Of a DNA stretch of 64,000 bases, positions 1 to 9,360 are shown in pieces. The notes beneath the pieces were generated by a model that saw only the letters and a program-made list of their open reading frames with translations, had not been told where the DNA came from and did no database searches. The position numbers and the translations under genes are program-made. The stretch comes from Dehalococcoidia bacterium (lineage in GTDB: Bacteria > Chloroflexota > Dehalococcoidia > Lucifugimonadales > UBA3495): assembly GCA_965261945.1 (NCBI GenBank), contig CBDHEF010000001.1:463150-527149 (forward strand), written 5' to 3'. Positions within the stretch are counted from its first letter, which is position 1. Each line of letters opens with the position of its first letter.

Positions 1-144
1 CCTCGATGCCCAGCAGGGTCTCCAGGGACGGGGCCGTGAGGGCCCGGTCCGCCAGGCGGTTGAGTTCCGGCAGAATGGACGGCGGCAGTTTCCGGTGATT
101 GCGGCGCAGCATGGTGCGTGAGTTCTTTATCTTGCCGAACACCA
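1..144 (-). pseudogene. possible cas1 fragment (partial at window edge; 5' part displaced by IS remnant)
   Basis: Not in ORF track (partial). Reverse-complement translation of 144..1 reads VVFGKIKNSRTMLRRNHRKLPPSILPELNRLADRALTAPSLETLLGIE. This resembles my recollection of the Cas1 central region: a GKIxN...LxR helix, then ...L(R/L)GIEG. The upstream continuation is occupied by transposase homology on the other strand. Confidence 0.3.
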
Positions 145-1570
145 CCCCTGCTCCAGTCCCACGACAAGGTGAGCGACGCCGAGGCCAAGGCCCGGGCCGA
201 CTTCGACATCCGCTGGAAGGTTGCGCTGGGCATTGAGGTGGAGGACAGGCTCTTTGCCAAGAGCACACTGCAGGTGTTCCGCGCCCAGCTGATACTGCGC
301 GACAGGGTGCGGGAGGTGTTCGAGTCCAGCCTGCGGCTGGCCCGGGAGTCGGGCTACCTGAAAAGGCGCAGCATGAAGGTGGCTCTGGACACGACCAACA
401 TCCTGGGCCGGGGCGCGGTTAGGGACACCTGCAATCTGTTGGCCGACGGGATCGTCAAGCTGATTCGGGCGCTGGCGCAGGTTGAGGGAGTCAGCGTCGG
501 GAAATGGGCCAAAGCGCAGGGATATGGGCGGTACCTTGCCTCCAGCATCAAGGGAGAAGCGGCCATCGACTGGTCGGACAAGCGGGCGCGCACGGCCCTG
601 CTGTCCGGTATTGTGGCCGACGCCGACCGGCTGCTGGAGTTGTCGCGGCAGGCGCAGGGGGAGTTGGCGGAGGACAGCGCCGGGCGTCAGCAGATAGTGG
701 CGGCGGCGGAGTTGCTGGGGCAGTTGCTACTCCAGGACGTGGAGCGCACTGATGACGAAGTGAGCCTCAGGGACGGGGTGAGCCGGGACCGGATGATGTC
801 GGCGCAGGACCCGGAGATGCGCCACGGACGCAAGAGCAGCAGCAGACGCTTCGACGGACACAAGGCGGCGATTGTGGTGGACACCGACACCCAGCTGATC
901 ACCGCCGTGGAGGCACTGCCCGGCAACGCTCCGGACAACCTGGGGCGCTGGAACTGGTGTAGGCGACGCTGAGCCTGCCGAAGTACCACGCCGGTGTGCC
1001 GGTGGAGGAGGCCATGGGCGACGCCGATACCAGGCAGGCCTTCGCCGATGCGGAACGCACCCTGATTGCCCGGGCGCCGGGCCGCCCCGACCGGAAACAC
1101 TTTCCGAAAGAGGACTTCCATATCGACCTGGCGGCGGGTTCCTGCACCTGTCCGGCGGGGAATGTTACCCGGAGAATCCGGCCCTCTGGTACTCGCACCG
1201 CAGCAACAGGCCGGACGCACCAACTGAAGGCGTTCCAGTTCGATGGAGCGGTCTGCGGGGTGTGCCCGCTGCGAAACCCAGTGCGTGGCCGCGGCGCCGG
1301 GCACAGGACGGACGGTGCACCTGCACCCGCAGGAGGCTTTATTGCAGCAGGCCCGGGCCCTGCAGCAGAGCGAGGCCTTTGGCGAGTACCGGCAGCGCCG
1401 GGTGGTGGTGGAGCGCCGGCTGGCGCGGCTGGTCCAGCTGGGAATCCGCCAGTCCCGCTGCTTCGGGCGCGCCAAGACGAAATTCCAGCTGTACCTGGCG
1501 GCCACGGTGGCCAACCTGAACCTGGTGGCCGCCAAGGCCGGCCTGCCCGCCAACACCGGCTGCGGTTCCA
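118..1570 (+). pseudogene. IS1182/IS5-type DDE transposase, 5'-truncated and split over three frames
   Basis: ORFs 118..972, 996..1616 and 1243..1926 carry consecutive pieces of one transposase. These are a DUF772-like part (SDAEAKARADFDIRWKVALGI) and the DDE core (DPEMRHGRKSSSRRFDGHKAAIVVDTDTQLITAVEALPGNAPDN). Next come a Cys motif (CTCPAG...CGVCPLR) and the C-terminus (YRQRRVVVERRLARLVQLGIRQSRCFGRAKTKFQLYLAATVANLNLV). Frame changes lie near 960-1000 and 1240-1270. The usual N-terminus and left IR are absent. Confidence 0.8.
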
Positions 1571-1865
1571 GCGTCGGCCGCGCCCTCCGTGCCGGGACCA
1601 TCCGTTCCGCCCTTGAGATCGTCCCTGCGCGGCTCGCCCAAATCTTGATCCTGGCCTTGCTTACGGCGGCTTCACTACCGAAATACATCTCCCGGAATAA
1701 GGCTTTCCGGCCAGATTTCCAGGCCCCCTCAGCCCGCAGCCGGCACCGGAGGCCCTCTCCTCGGTGGTCCGACCGGAGTGTCCGGGCGGTCTCTCCCCGT
1801 CCGTCGCCGGCACTGTCTCGGCCAGCCGGTCGGATGCGACCCGAAAGGCCTACTCGGGGCAGTAG

Positions 1866-2188
1866 CGTCAGTTCGTGGCCTGGGCCGGCGATGTCTGCGT
1901 CCCCTGGCTGCCGGCTGCACCGGTAGAAGTCGCCGAATACCTCACGGCCCTGCTGGGGAAGGGGCGCGGGTCTTGCCACGGTGCGGCAGGCGGGGTCCGT
2001 TCTGTCCACCGGGTTACGTTCGTCGGTCAGAAGACCGGTTGTCCGAACCGCAAATATTGTCTTCGGTCGCCAAGGGTTGGCAGGCAGGCCGCGACGACAG
2101 GTACTTGGAGACCCAGATCAACATCCTGACAGGCTTCGGCGTCCGGGATGATCTCATCTACCAGGAGGCAGGCTGGACTTTACGCTAA
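1866..2188 (+). pseudogene. tyrosine recombinase N-terminal (SAM-like) domain remnant
   Basis: The frame of ORF 1875..2129 reads QFVAWAGDVCVPWLPAAPVEVAEYLTALLGKGRGS...VRSVHRV. This fits the integrase N-terminal pattern W..G...LPA.P..VA.YL..L...G.S......I...H. No catalytic domain follows, and the frame is broken (continuation in ORF 1778..2188). Confidence 0.35.
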
Positions 2189-2698
2189 AACTAGAAAAAG
2201 CAATGGATGCCATCGCTCTGGCGCGGCGCCACTTCTGGTCGGCGCCGGAGGGTCTTTCACTGTCTGTAGCTGACCCAGGTATTCAGGAACTCCCGGTCGC
2301 TCTATATCATCCGCTTGCAGATTCCCTCGCTTATGCCGCTTGAAAAGCGTAAAGTCCAGGCAGGGAGCGGCTGCTCCACGAAGCGCCCCGGCAGGCAGTA
2401 GCCGAAGACCAGGACCGACCTGGCGACACCATCGTCGTCGCCCTGTACACCGACGGCAGGGGAAGCCGCGACAATTCAGGCACGGACGGCTCCCAATAGC
2501 CCCGGCGCACTGTAGACCGGCGGGCAAACCTGATACCCGGAAACTCCCAGCCACCCCAAACCAGAAACCTGTAGAGTCCTCCACCTGCTCCACTTGAAAT
2601 GCGCCCGGTCCAGGCAAGCTATTCTTGACTTCCACAAGCCCTTGCCAAACCCCGGCCCGATACCCCACACTCACCTCCACACAGCATCGGACAACGCC

Positions 2699-5600
2699 AT
2701 GCTCATCATGCACGCCGCCCAAGTAAAAGGAAACCTCGTCCTCTGGAGCGAGGACTCCGAACCACGCCTGACGTCGCCCGACCGGCAGCTGGATGGGAAA
2801 CACTCCTACAGCGCCCAAGCCCAGGTCATAGCCGAAGCAATCGGCCTCGAAACGGTCGACACCAGCTTCGCCAGCGCGACCGCCTGGCTGCCCAGCCGGG
2901 GCGATGCCCCCGTGCCCTCCAGCCCCATGGCCGGCCCAATGCCCGGGTCGCGGGCCAAGCCGCGCATCAGGCCATGGACCGTGACAACGCTCTGCCTGAC
3001 ACCGGAGCAAGCCGTCCAGCTGCTACAGACGTGGTACGGGCGACAGGTCGTGAAACCCGGCGTCGCCATCGGGACCGATCTGTCCTACTGGACCCACGCT
3101 CTGCAACTGGCGGTCTCCCTGACGGCCCGTCAGCAGTTCCTGCCCAGCTTGTCCGAACGGGGCGGACAGACCATGGCGACTTGGATTCCGGTGTTCATCG
3201 GCGAGGATGCCCACCGGCTGACCGAGCTGGCCGGACTGATGCCGGCGTCGGCCAGGGCGCTCACCGGCGCAGGGGCCACCGAACCACCGGCCACACCGGC
3301 CCAGGCGGTCCTCAGGGAGTTCATAACAACCCAGATCGACCACCTGGCCCGCGCCGGAACGGATACCGAACACCGGGCGCAACCGCAGTTCGACTCTGCC
3401 CACGACGCCTGGCTGTCCGCCCTGTGCCATACCAACCCGGAGGTCCGGAGCAACCCGGCACAGCTCCAGCAACTCCGCCGCCAGGTCGCCGAATGGCAAA
3501 GGCCCCTCGCCATCGCGGCCAACTCTCCATACCGCCTCTGCCTCAGGCTGGAGGAGCCGCCCGAACCCAGCCCAAGCGACGAGGCGCCGGCCATCCGGCA
3601 GGATGACTGGTACCTGCGCTACCTGCTCCAGCCCCACGACGACCAGAGCCTACTGCTCCCCGCCGAGGCCGTGTGGAAAAATCGGGTCAATGGACCCCAC
3701 CCGGACTTCAACCCCGCCGAGTTCCTGTTGAATTCCCTGGCCCAGGCCGGCTCAGTGTGCCCACCCATCACCGACAGCCTGAAGCGCAGGCAACCTGCCG
3801 GATACCGGTTGAACACCGAGGAGGCCTACGGGTTCCTGGAAAGCCAGGCCGTTGCGCTGCAACAGGCTGGGTTCGGTGTGCTCCTGCCCGCCTGGTGGAC
3901 CCGTCAGGGCGCCAAGACCAGGCCCGGCATCCGCGCCAGGACCAAGACCCCTACCATGCAGGGCGGCTCCGGCATGACCATGACCTCCCTGATCGACCTC
4001 GACGTCGAGATGGCCCTGGGCGACGAGACCATATCCGCGCAGGAACTGGAGCAGCTCGCCGAGCTGAAGGTGCCGCTGGTGCGGTTCCGTGGCCAGTGGG
4101 TGGAAATCAACGCCGACGAAATCCGGGCGGCCGCTGATTTCTGGCGCAACAGGGAGCAGGTCAGTCTGCGGGAGGTCGTGCAGATCGGGCTGGGCGCCGA
4201 CCAGCGGGCCGAGGACGACAATGTCTCCCTCGCGGCCGACGACTGGCTCCGTGATCTCCTGGAACGCCTACAGCAGAAGGGCCGGATTGAGCAGATGGAC
4301 GCCCCCAAGGACTTCGCCGGCCAGCTCCGTCCCTACCAGCAGCTGGGCTACTCGTGGCTGGCCTTCCTCAGGGACTGGGGATTGGGAGGATGCCTGGCCG
4401 ATGACATGGGCCTGGGCAAGACCGTACAGGCCCTGGCCGCCCTGCAGCTGGACCGACAGGAGGGCAACGACCGGCCCAACCTGCTGGTATGCCCGACATC
4501 CGTGATCAACAACTGGGAGCGGGAGGCTGCCAGGTTCACACCGGACCTGCCTGTGCTGCTGCACCACGGCTCGAACCGCCAGGGCGGGGCTGCCTTCCGT
4601 AACCAGGCTGACGGCCACCATCTGGTCATCACCAGCTACGGTACCATGCACCGGGACCGGGGCCTGCTCGGCACCGTACCCTGGCGGGCGGTCATCCTGG
4701 ATGAGGCCCAGAACATCAAGAACCCGGCGTCCCAGCAGGCCCGGGCCGCCCAGGGCCTCCCGGCCGACTACCGGATCGCCCTCACCGGCACGCCGGTGGA
4801 GAACCACGTCGGCGACCTCTGGTCCATCATGCAGTTCCTGAACCCAGGCCTCCTGGGTTCCCAGGCCGAGTTCAAGCGCAACTACTTCCAGCCCATTCAG
4901 ACCGACCGGGACGGAGCGGCGGCGGCTCGGCTCCAGAAAGCCACCGGGCCCTTCATCCTGCGCCGACTCAAGACCGACCGGTCCATCATCGATGACCTGC
5001 CCGACAAGAACGAGACCAAGCAGTACTGCAGCCTGACCAGGGAGCAGGCAACACTCTACCAAGCCGTGCTGCGCGAGGCGGAGACCCGGCTGGAATCCGC
5101 CGAGGGCATGAAACGCCGGGGGTCGATCCTGGACACCCTGACCAAGCTCAAGCAGGCCTGCAACCACCCCCGCCAACTGCTGGGCGACAACTCCGCCATA
5201 GCGGGCCGTTCAGGGAAGCTGGCCCGCCTGCAGGAAATCCTCGATGAGGTATTGCCCGCCGGCGACCGGGTGCTGGTGTTCAGCCAGTTCGCCGAGATGG
5301 GAGCCATCCTGCAACAGCACGTGCAGGAGACCCACGGCCTCGAAACGTCCTTCCTGCACGGCGGCGTCACCCGGAAACAGCGGGACCTGATGGTACAACG
5401 CTTCCAGGACGACCCCGACGGCCCGCAGGTGTTCGTCCTGTCCCTCAAGGCCGGGGGATTCGGCCTCAACCTGCCCCGGGCCAACCACGTGATCCACTAC
5501 GACCGTTGGTGGAACCCAGCCGTGGAGAACCAGGCCACCGACCGGGCCTTCCGCATTGGCCAGACCAGGGACGTCCACGTCCACAAGCTGATCTGCGCCG

Positions 5601-5752
5601 GCACACTGGAGGACCGCATCGACTTAATGATCGAAATCAAGCAGGAAACCGTTGACCAGGTGGTGGGAACCACCTCGGTACGGTGGCTTACCGAGCTCTC
5701 CAACGCCGAACTCCGGGACGTGCTTGCCCTCAGCGCGAGCCCGGTGGACTGA
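2699..5752 (+). CDS. SNF2-family helicase with long N-terminal DUF3670-like region
   Basis: ORF 2594..5752; the likely start is ATG 2699 (MLIMHAAQVKGNLVLWSED). SNF2 motifs present: LADDMGLGKT (I), ILDEAQNIKN (II), LTGTPVEN (III). Helicase-C motifs present: VLVFSQF, LSLKAGGFGLNL, HYDRWWNPAVENQATDRAFRIGQ (VI). Confidence 0.9.
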   Translation: MLIMHAAQVKGNLVLWSEDSEPRLTSPDRQLDGKHSYSAQAQVIAEAIGLETVDTSFASATAWLPSRGDAPVPSSPMAGPMPGSRAKPRIRPWTVTTLCLTPEQAVQLLQTWYGRQVVKPGVAIGTDLSYWTHALQLAVSLTARQQFLPSLSERGGQTMATWIPVFIGEDAHRLTELAGLMPASARALTGAGATEPPATPAQAVLREFITTQIDHLARAGTDTEHRAQPQFDSAHDAWLSALCHTNPEVRSNPAQLQQLRRQVAEWQRPLAIAANSPYRLCLRLEEPPEPSPSDEAPAIRQDDWYLRYLLQPHDDQSLLLPAEAVWKNRVNGPHPDFNPAEFLLNSLAQAGSVCPPITDSLKRRQPAGYRLNTEEAYGFLESQAVALQQAGFGVLLPAWWTRQGAKTRPGIRARTKTPTMQGGSGMTMTSLIDLDVEMALGDETISAQELEQLAELKVPLVRFRGQWVEINADEIRAAADFWRNREQVSLREVVQIGLGADQRAEDDNVSLAADDWLRDLLERLQQKGRIEQMDAPKDFAGQLRPYQQLGYSWLAFLRDWGLGGCLADDMGLGKTVQALAALQLDRQEGNDRPNLLVCPTSVINNWEREAARFTPDLPVLLHHGSNRQGGAAFRNQADGHHLVITSYGTMHRDRGLLGTVPWRAVILDEAQNIKNPASQQARAAQGLPADYRIALTGTPVENHVGDLWSIMQFLNPGLLGSQAEFKRNYFQPIQTDRDGAAAARLQKATGPFILRRLKTDRSIIDDLPDKNETKQYCSLTREQATLYQAVLREAETRLESAEGMKRRGSILDTLTKLKQACNHPRQLLGDNSAIAGRSGKLARLQEILDEVLPAGDRVLVFSQFAEMGAILQQHVQETHGLETSFLHGGVTRKQRDLMVQRFQDDPDGPQVFVLSLKAGGFGLNLPRANHVIHYDRWWNPAVENQATDRAFRIGQTRDVHVHKLICAGTLEDRIDLMIEIKQETVDQVVGTTSVRWLTELSNAELRDVLALSASPVD

Positions 5753-5791
5753 AGAAGACAGCCCAAGCTCTTTTTAATAGCGGGAAGGACG

Positions 5792-6688
5792 ATGAGTTAC
5801 TACGACTACGTGTACACCAAGCCAATCGAAGTCAGAGGCGGCATCCGGGCCGGGTCGAAACGCGGCGCCTTCGGCTCCAACTGGTGGGCCAAGCGGTGGC
5901 TCCAGACCCTGGAGGAGTTCCAGATCGGTAGCCGCCTTGATCGCGGCCGATCCTACGCCCGCAGGGGACAGGTCATGTCCGTCGACATTCAGCCCGGCGG
6001 CGTCACGGCCAAGGTGCAGGGCTCCCGCAAGCGTCCCTACAACGTGAGCATCGAGGTCCGGACCATCAGCCCACCGGACTGGGAGCGCCTCCAGGCGGCC
6101 ATGGCGGAACAGCCCATCATCGCCGCCAGCCTGCTGTCGGGCCGTATGCCGGACAACATCGAGGACACCTTCCGGGTCGCCGGCCTGTCCATGTTCCCTG
6201 AAAGGCGGGGCGACCTGGAGACGGATTGCTCGTGTCCCGACTGGTCCAACCCCTGCAAGCACGTCGCCGCCGTGTATCTCCTGCTGGGCGAGGAGTTTGA
6301 TCGGGACCCCTTCCTGATCTTTCGGATGCGGGGCATGGACCGGGAGGACCTGCTGGGCCCGGAGTTCCGCCGCTCCGCCCACACCCTGGAGGGACCCACG
6401 CTGCCCGCCGAGCCCCTGCCGCCGGAACCCGGGGAGTTCTGGCCCAACCCGCTGACGGCGTTGCGGGAAAAGGACCATGCGGGCCCGGCCGTCATACCCG
6501 ACCTGGCTGCCGCCCTGCCCCAGCAGCTGGGCCGGTTCCCCCTCTGGCAGGGCAACCGGGAATTCGTCCCGGCAATGCAGGACATCTACCGCGCCGCTTC
6601 GCAACGGGCCGTTGAGATCCACATGGGGCCGGCGGAACCGCCTGACAACCCAGCACCGGAGAGGAGGCGGAGTAGGCAAGGGACATAA
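5792..6688 (+). CDS. SWIM zinc-finger protein (SNF2 partner)
   Basis: CSCPDWSNPCKH is a CxC..CxH SWIM finger. The gene starts 40 nt after the SNF2 stop on the same strand. The N-terminal WWAKRWLQTLE...GRSYARRGQV region is typical of bacterial SWIM proteins paired with SNF2 ATPases. Confidence 0.9.
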   Translation: MSYYDYVYTKPIEVRGGIRAGSKRGAFGSNWWAKRWLQTLEEFQIGSRLDRGRSYARRGQVMSVDIQPGGVTAKVQGSRKRPYNVSIEVRTISPPDWERLQAAMAEQPIIAASLLSGRMPDNIEDTFRVAGLSMFPERRGDLETDCSCPDWSNPCKHVAAVYLLLGEEFDRDPFLIFRMRGMDREDLLGPEFRRSAHTLEGPTLPAEPLPPEPGEFWPNPLTALREKDHAGPAVIPDLAAALPQQLGRFPLWQGNREFVPAMQDIYRAASQRAVEIHMGPAEPPDNPAPERRRSRQGT

Positions 6689-6971
6689 CCGCGGTTCCCG
6701 TCCGCCAGCACTTCAGTGACTGGTTTGAGGTGGCGGTCCCGGCCTGACGATACGGCACCCGGTGCGACGTCTCTCGAAGGAGCGGCGCGCCCGTTCGTTG
6801 AGTAGCTGTGGCTGGAGGATGCCCAAAGGCGCAACGATCAAGCCATACGCTCCCGTGCTAAGCGTCGGACCGCCCTTCGTACGCCCGGAACGCCCCTTCT
6901 TGAACCGTCGTTTGAATGCTAATAATCCGGCGGCTCCGGGGCAACAGGCCGCCAGATCTAGTTGTCGTTGA

Positions 6972-8759
6972 TCAGGGGTGCACCCCTTTGCTCTCCTTCC
7001 AGCTCTCGGCCTGGCGTAGCATCTCCGAGGCGTTGGTGCGGGTCGCGCCGCTATCGGAGCCCAGCATCTGACTGAGTTCCGTCACTCTGTCCTCGCCGTC
7101 CAGAACCTCCACCGATGTCGCGGTCCTATCATGCGAGGCAAGTTTCGTAACCTTAGCGTGGTGGTCTGCGTAGCACGCTATTTGCGGTAGGTGAGTTACG
7201 CATAGCACCAGGTGGCTCTTGGATAGACCCCATAGTTTCTGCCCCAGGACACTCCCGACTCGACCACCTACACCCGCATCGACCTCGTCGAACACGAGTA
7301 TTGGGATCTGGTCAGCCGTGGATAGGATGGTCTTTATGGCGAGCATCAGCCTGGAGGCTTCTCCCCCCGAGGCGATCCTGGCCAGGGGCCGCGGCGGTTC
7401 GCCCGGGTTCAGTGAGATCAGGAATTCCACGGAGTCTATACCGGTCTCGTTGAACGCGAGGCGCCTGATAGACTCCCCACCCAAAGAAGGTGTTGAGTAC
7501 GGGGCCGGATCCGCGGTCCCAACCGGCACACCGTCCTCAGAGTCTGTTTGACGGATATCCACAAGCACCTGGGCATACCCGAAGGCCAGCCCGGCGACCT
7601 CTTCCTCTATCGCATCAGCCAGGCCCCTTGCTGCGTGTTGACGGGCTTCGGAGAGCTGACCCGCAAGCCTGCCGACCCGCCTTCGAAGGTCCATCTCTCG
7701 GGCCTTCAATCCCTCCGCACGTTCTTCCCTGTGAAGTAGCTTTTCCAGCTCCTGCGAGGCCCTCTCGCCAAAGGCCAGGATTTCTTCGATGGTGCTGCCG
7801 TACTTCCTTTTGAGACGGTTGATCAAGTCCAAACGCTCCTCAAGCTCATAAAGACGGTCCGGGCTGTATTCGATGCCGTCACGATAGCTTCGGAGCGCAC
7901 GCGCCAACTCGTCCACCTGGTGCATCAAGGCGTCCACCGACTCAAGGTTCTGTCTCAATGAGGGGTCCAATTGCTCCAATTGGGAAAGGTCCTTGGACAC
8001 CTGCCCAATAAGGTCCATTGCCGATTCGCGCCGGTCGAAGCCATCGTATAACGCTCTGTAGGCGTGGTCGGACAGTGTGATAATTCGTTCCGCGTTGGCG
8101 ACCCGGTCCCTCTCCTGGGTCAGGTCATCATATTCAGTCGGACGTAGATTTGCTGTGCTGATCTCTCCTACCTGATACCTCAGATAATCCACCCGTTGAG
8201 CAACCTCTGCTTCATCCTCCCGCAGCCGGTTCAGCTCTTGGCGCATCTCAGTTAGCTGGCGGGCCCCCTCTGCAACGTCGGTGCGAAGCTGCCATAGCCC
8301 ACCATACTTGTCCAGGATATCCAGGTGCTCACGTACGCGGAGAAGGGATAAGTGCTGATTCTGGCCATGGATGTCCACCAGGTGTTGGGCCAGTGTGCTC
8401 AACAGTCTGAGAGGCACGATTCGCCCGTTCACACGGCAGGTGTTGCGCCCATCCAGGTTGACCTCCCGAGCGAGAATTACCTCCTCTTCGCCAACGTCAA
8501 TTTCGTACTCATTCAGAGCAACCTTGATTTTTTGAGAGATGTCGCCGCCAAGCAGGAAGACGCCCTCCACTCTGGACTGGCGTGCACCGGAACGTACCAT
8601 GCCAACATCGGCGCGTCCCCCAATTAGAAAGCCCAGCGCATCCACGATGATCGACTTGCCGGCCCCCGTTTCCCCGGTCAGCACACTAAAGCCGGGCGCC
8701 AACTCAATGTCGAGCTGTTCTATGGTGGCGAAGTTTGTGACACTAAGGAGTCTGAGCAT
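6972..8759 (-). CDS. recN: DNA repair protein RecN
   Basis: MLRLLSVTNFATIEQLDIELAPGFSVLTGETGAGKSIIVDALGFLIGGRAD (Walker A). A long coiled-coil middle follows. The C-terminus has ASGGEASRLMLAIK and ILVFDEVDAGVGG (Walker B). Start moved from 8822 to ATG 8759 to match the usual ML..L.I.NFA N-terminus. Confidence 0.95.
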   Translation of the reverse strand: MLRLLSVTNFATIEQLDIELAPGFSVLTGETGAGKSIIVDALGFLIGGRADVGMVRSGARQSRVEGVFLLGGDISQKIKVALNEYEIDVGEEEVILAREVNLDGRNTCRVNGRIVPLRLLSTLAQHLVDIHGQNQHLSLLRVREHLDILDKYGGLWQLRTDVAEGARQLTEMRQELNRLREDEAEVAQRVDYLRYQVGEISTANLRPTEYDDLTQERDRVANAERIITLSDHAYRALYDGFDRRESAMDLIGQVSKDLSQLEQLDPSLRQNLESVDALMHQVDELARALRSYRDGIEYSPDRLYELEERLDLINRLKRKYGSTIEEILAFGERASQELEKLLHREERAEGLKAREMDLRRRVGRLAGQLSEARQHAARGLADAIEEEVAGLAFGYAQVLVDIRQTDSEDGVPVGTADPAPYSTPSLGGESIRRLAFNETGIDSVEFLISLNPGEPPRPLARIASGGEASRLMLAIKTILSTADQIPILVFDEVDAGVGGRVGSVLGQKLWGLSKSHLVLCVTHLPQIACYADHHAKVTKLASHDRTATSVEVLDGEDRVTELSQMLGSDSGATRTNASEMLRQAESWKESKGVHP

Positions 8760-9360
8760 GACTATGTCCAAAACTACACTCCTCCGAGCAGCGCCCTTTG
8801 GTCTAACCAAATTGACGGTCACCTTTGGCGCTCATGCAAATGCAGCATCCAGATGTGACGAGGGACAGATCCCCGTTTCCACGCCTGTTGCCTCACCAGA
8901 TGATGTTACCGACATTCTAGCCGCTGATTCCTGTTACGACCAAAGCTGATTCGCTTCTGTAACGCTGTTCCACTGCACGCTCATCGGAATAAGCGTAGGC
9001 CAGTCTCATGGCCATGACTCCGCGCCAGCCCTTCACCCTGCGCTACAGGGTCCGCAGCTGGGCGTCGCTGCACCGCCCGGATGGGCTGACCGAAGCCGTG
9101 CCAGCAGATCCTTGGCTTTGATGTTGGCGTTGGTCTCGGGGTCATTCTGAGGCCACAACAACAGGTCGCACCACACATCATGGGTTCGGCGATCCTTGCT
9201 GCTTTTTGGCCTACTGCGACCCAGTTGACGTCGGTCTGCCGCACCCAGAACTACCCTGGTGCGGGGATTTTCCCACAACGCAATCAAGACACCAGTTGAT
9301 GTTGAACACCTTGCCCGCCTGCCCGAAACCCCCTGCCTTGAGCTGTCGTTGTAATATTAG

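Noticed and set aside
687-2009. 440-aa minus-strand ORF overlapping the IS1182-type transposase pieces
   Set aside because: It is antisense to clear transposase homology, Arg/Pro/Gly/Ala-rich, and has no recognisable motifs. This is a typical high-GC shadow ORF.
2180-3637. Minus-strand ORFs 2180..3010, 2806..3069, 3023..3637 and similar opposite the SNF2 gene
   Set aside because: They are antisense or alternative-frame products of a well-supported SNF2 CDS, with low-complexity Gly/Arg/Pro composition.
6689-6971. Convergent intergenic region between the SWIM gene and recN, scanned for tRNA/ncRNA
   Set aside because: There is no cloverleaf-compatible sequence. Only a weak 6-bp stem (ggcggc...gccgcc) is present, which is insufficient for any call.
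8940-8965. Possible LexA/Cheo-type box (gtaacgctgttc) upstream of recN
   Set aside because: Only 6 of 8 consensus positions of GAAC-N4-GTTC match, and it lies ~190 nt from the start codon. The support is too weak.
8823-9355. ORFs 8981..9244 and 9033..9287 (minus) between recN and IS701. The stretch WCDLLLWPQNDPETNANIKAKDLLA faintly recalls the C-terminal D..NAA.NI region of TnpB-like proteins.
   Set aside because: The resemblance covers only a handful of residues. There is no zinc-finger or RuvC motifs and no IS ends. It is probably a remnant of something, but I cannot say what.
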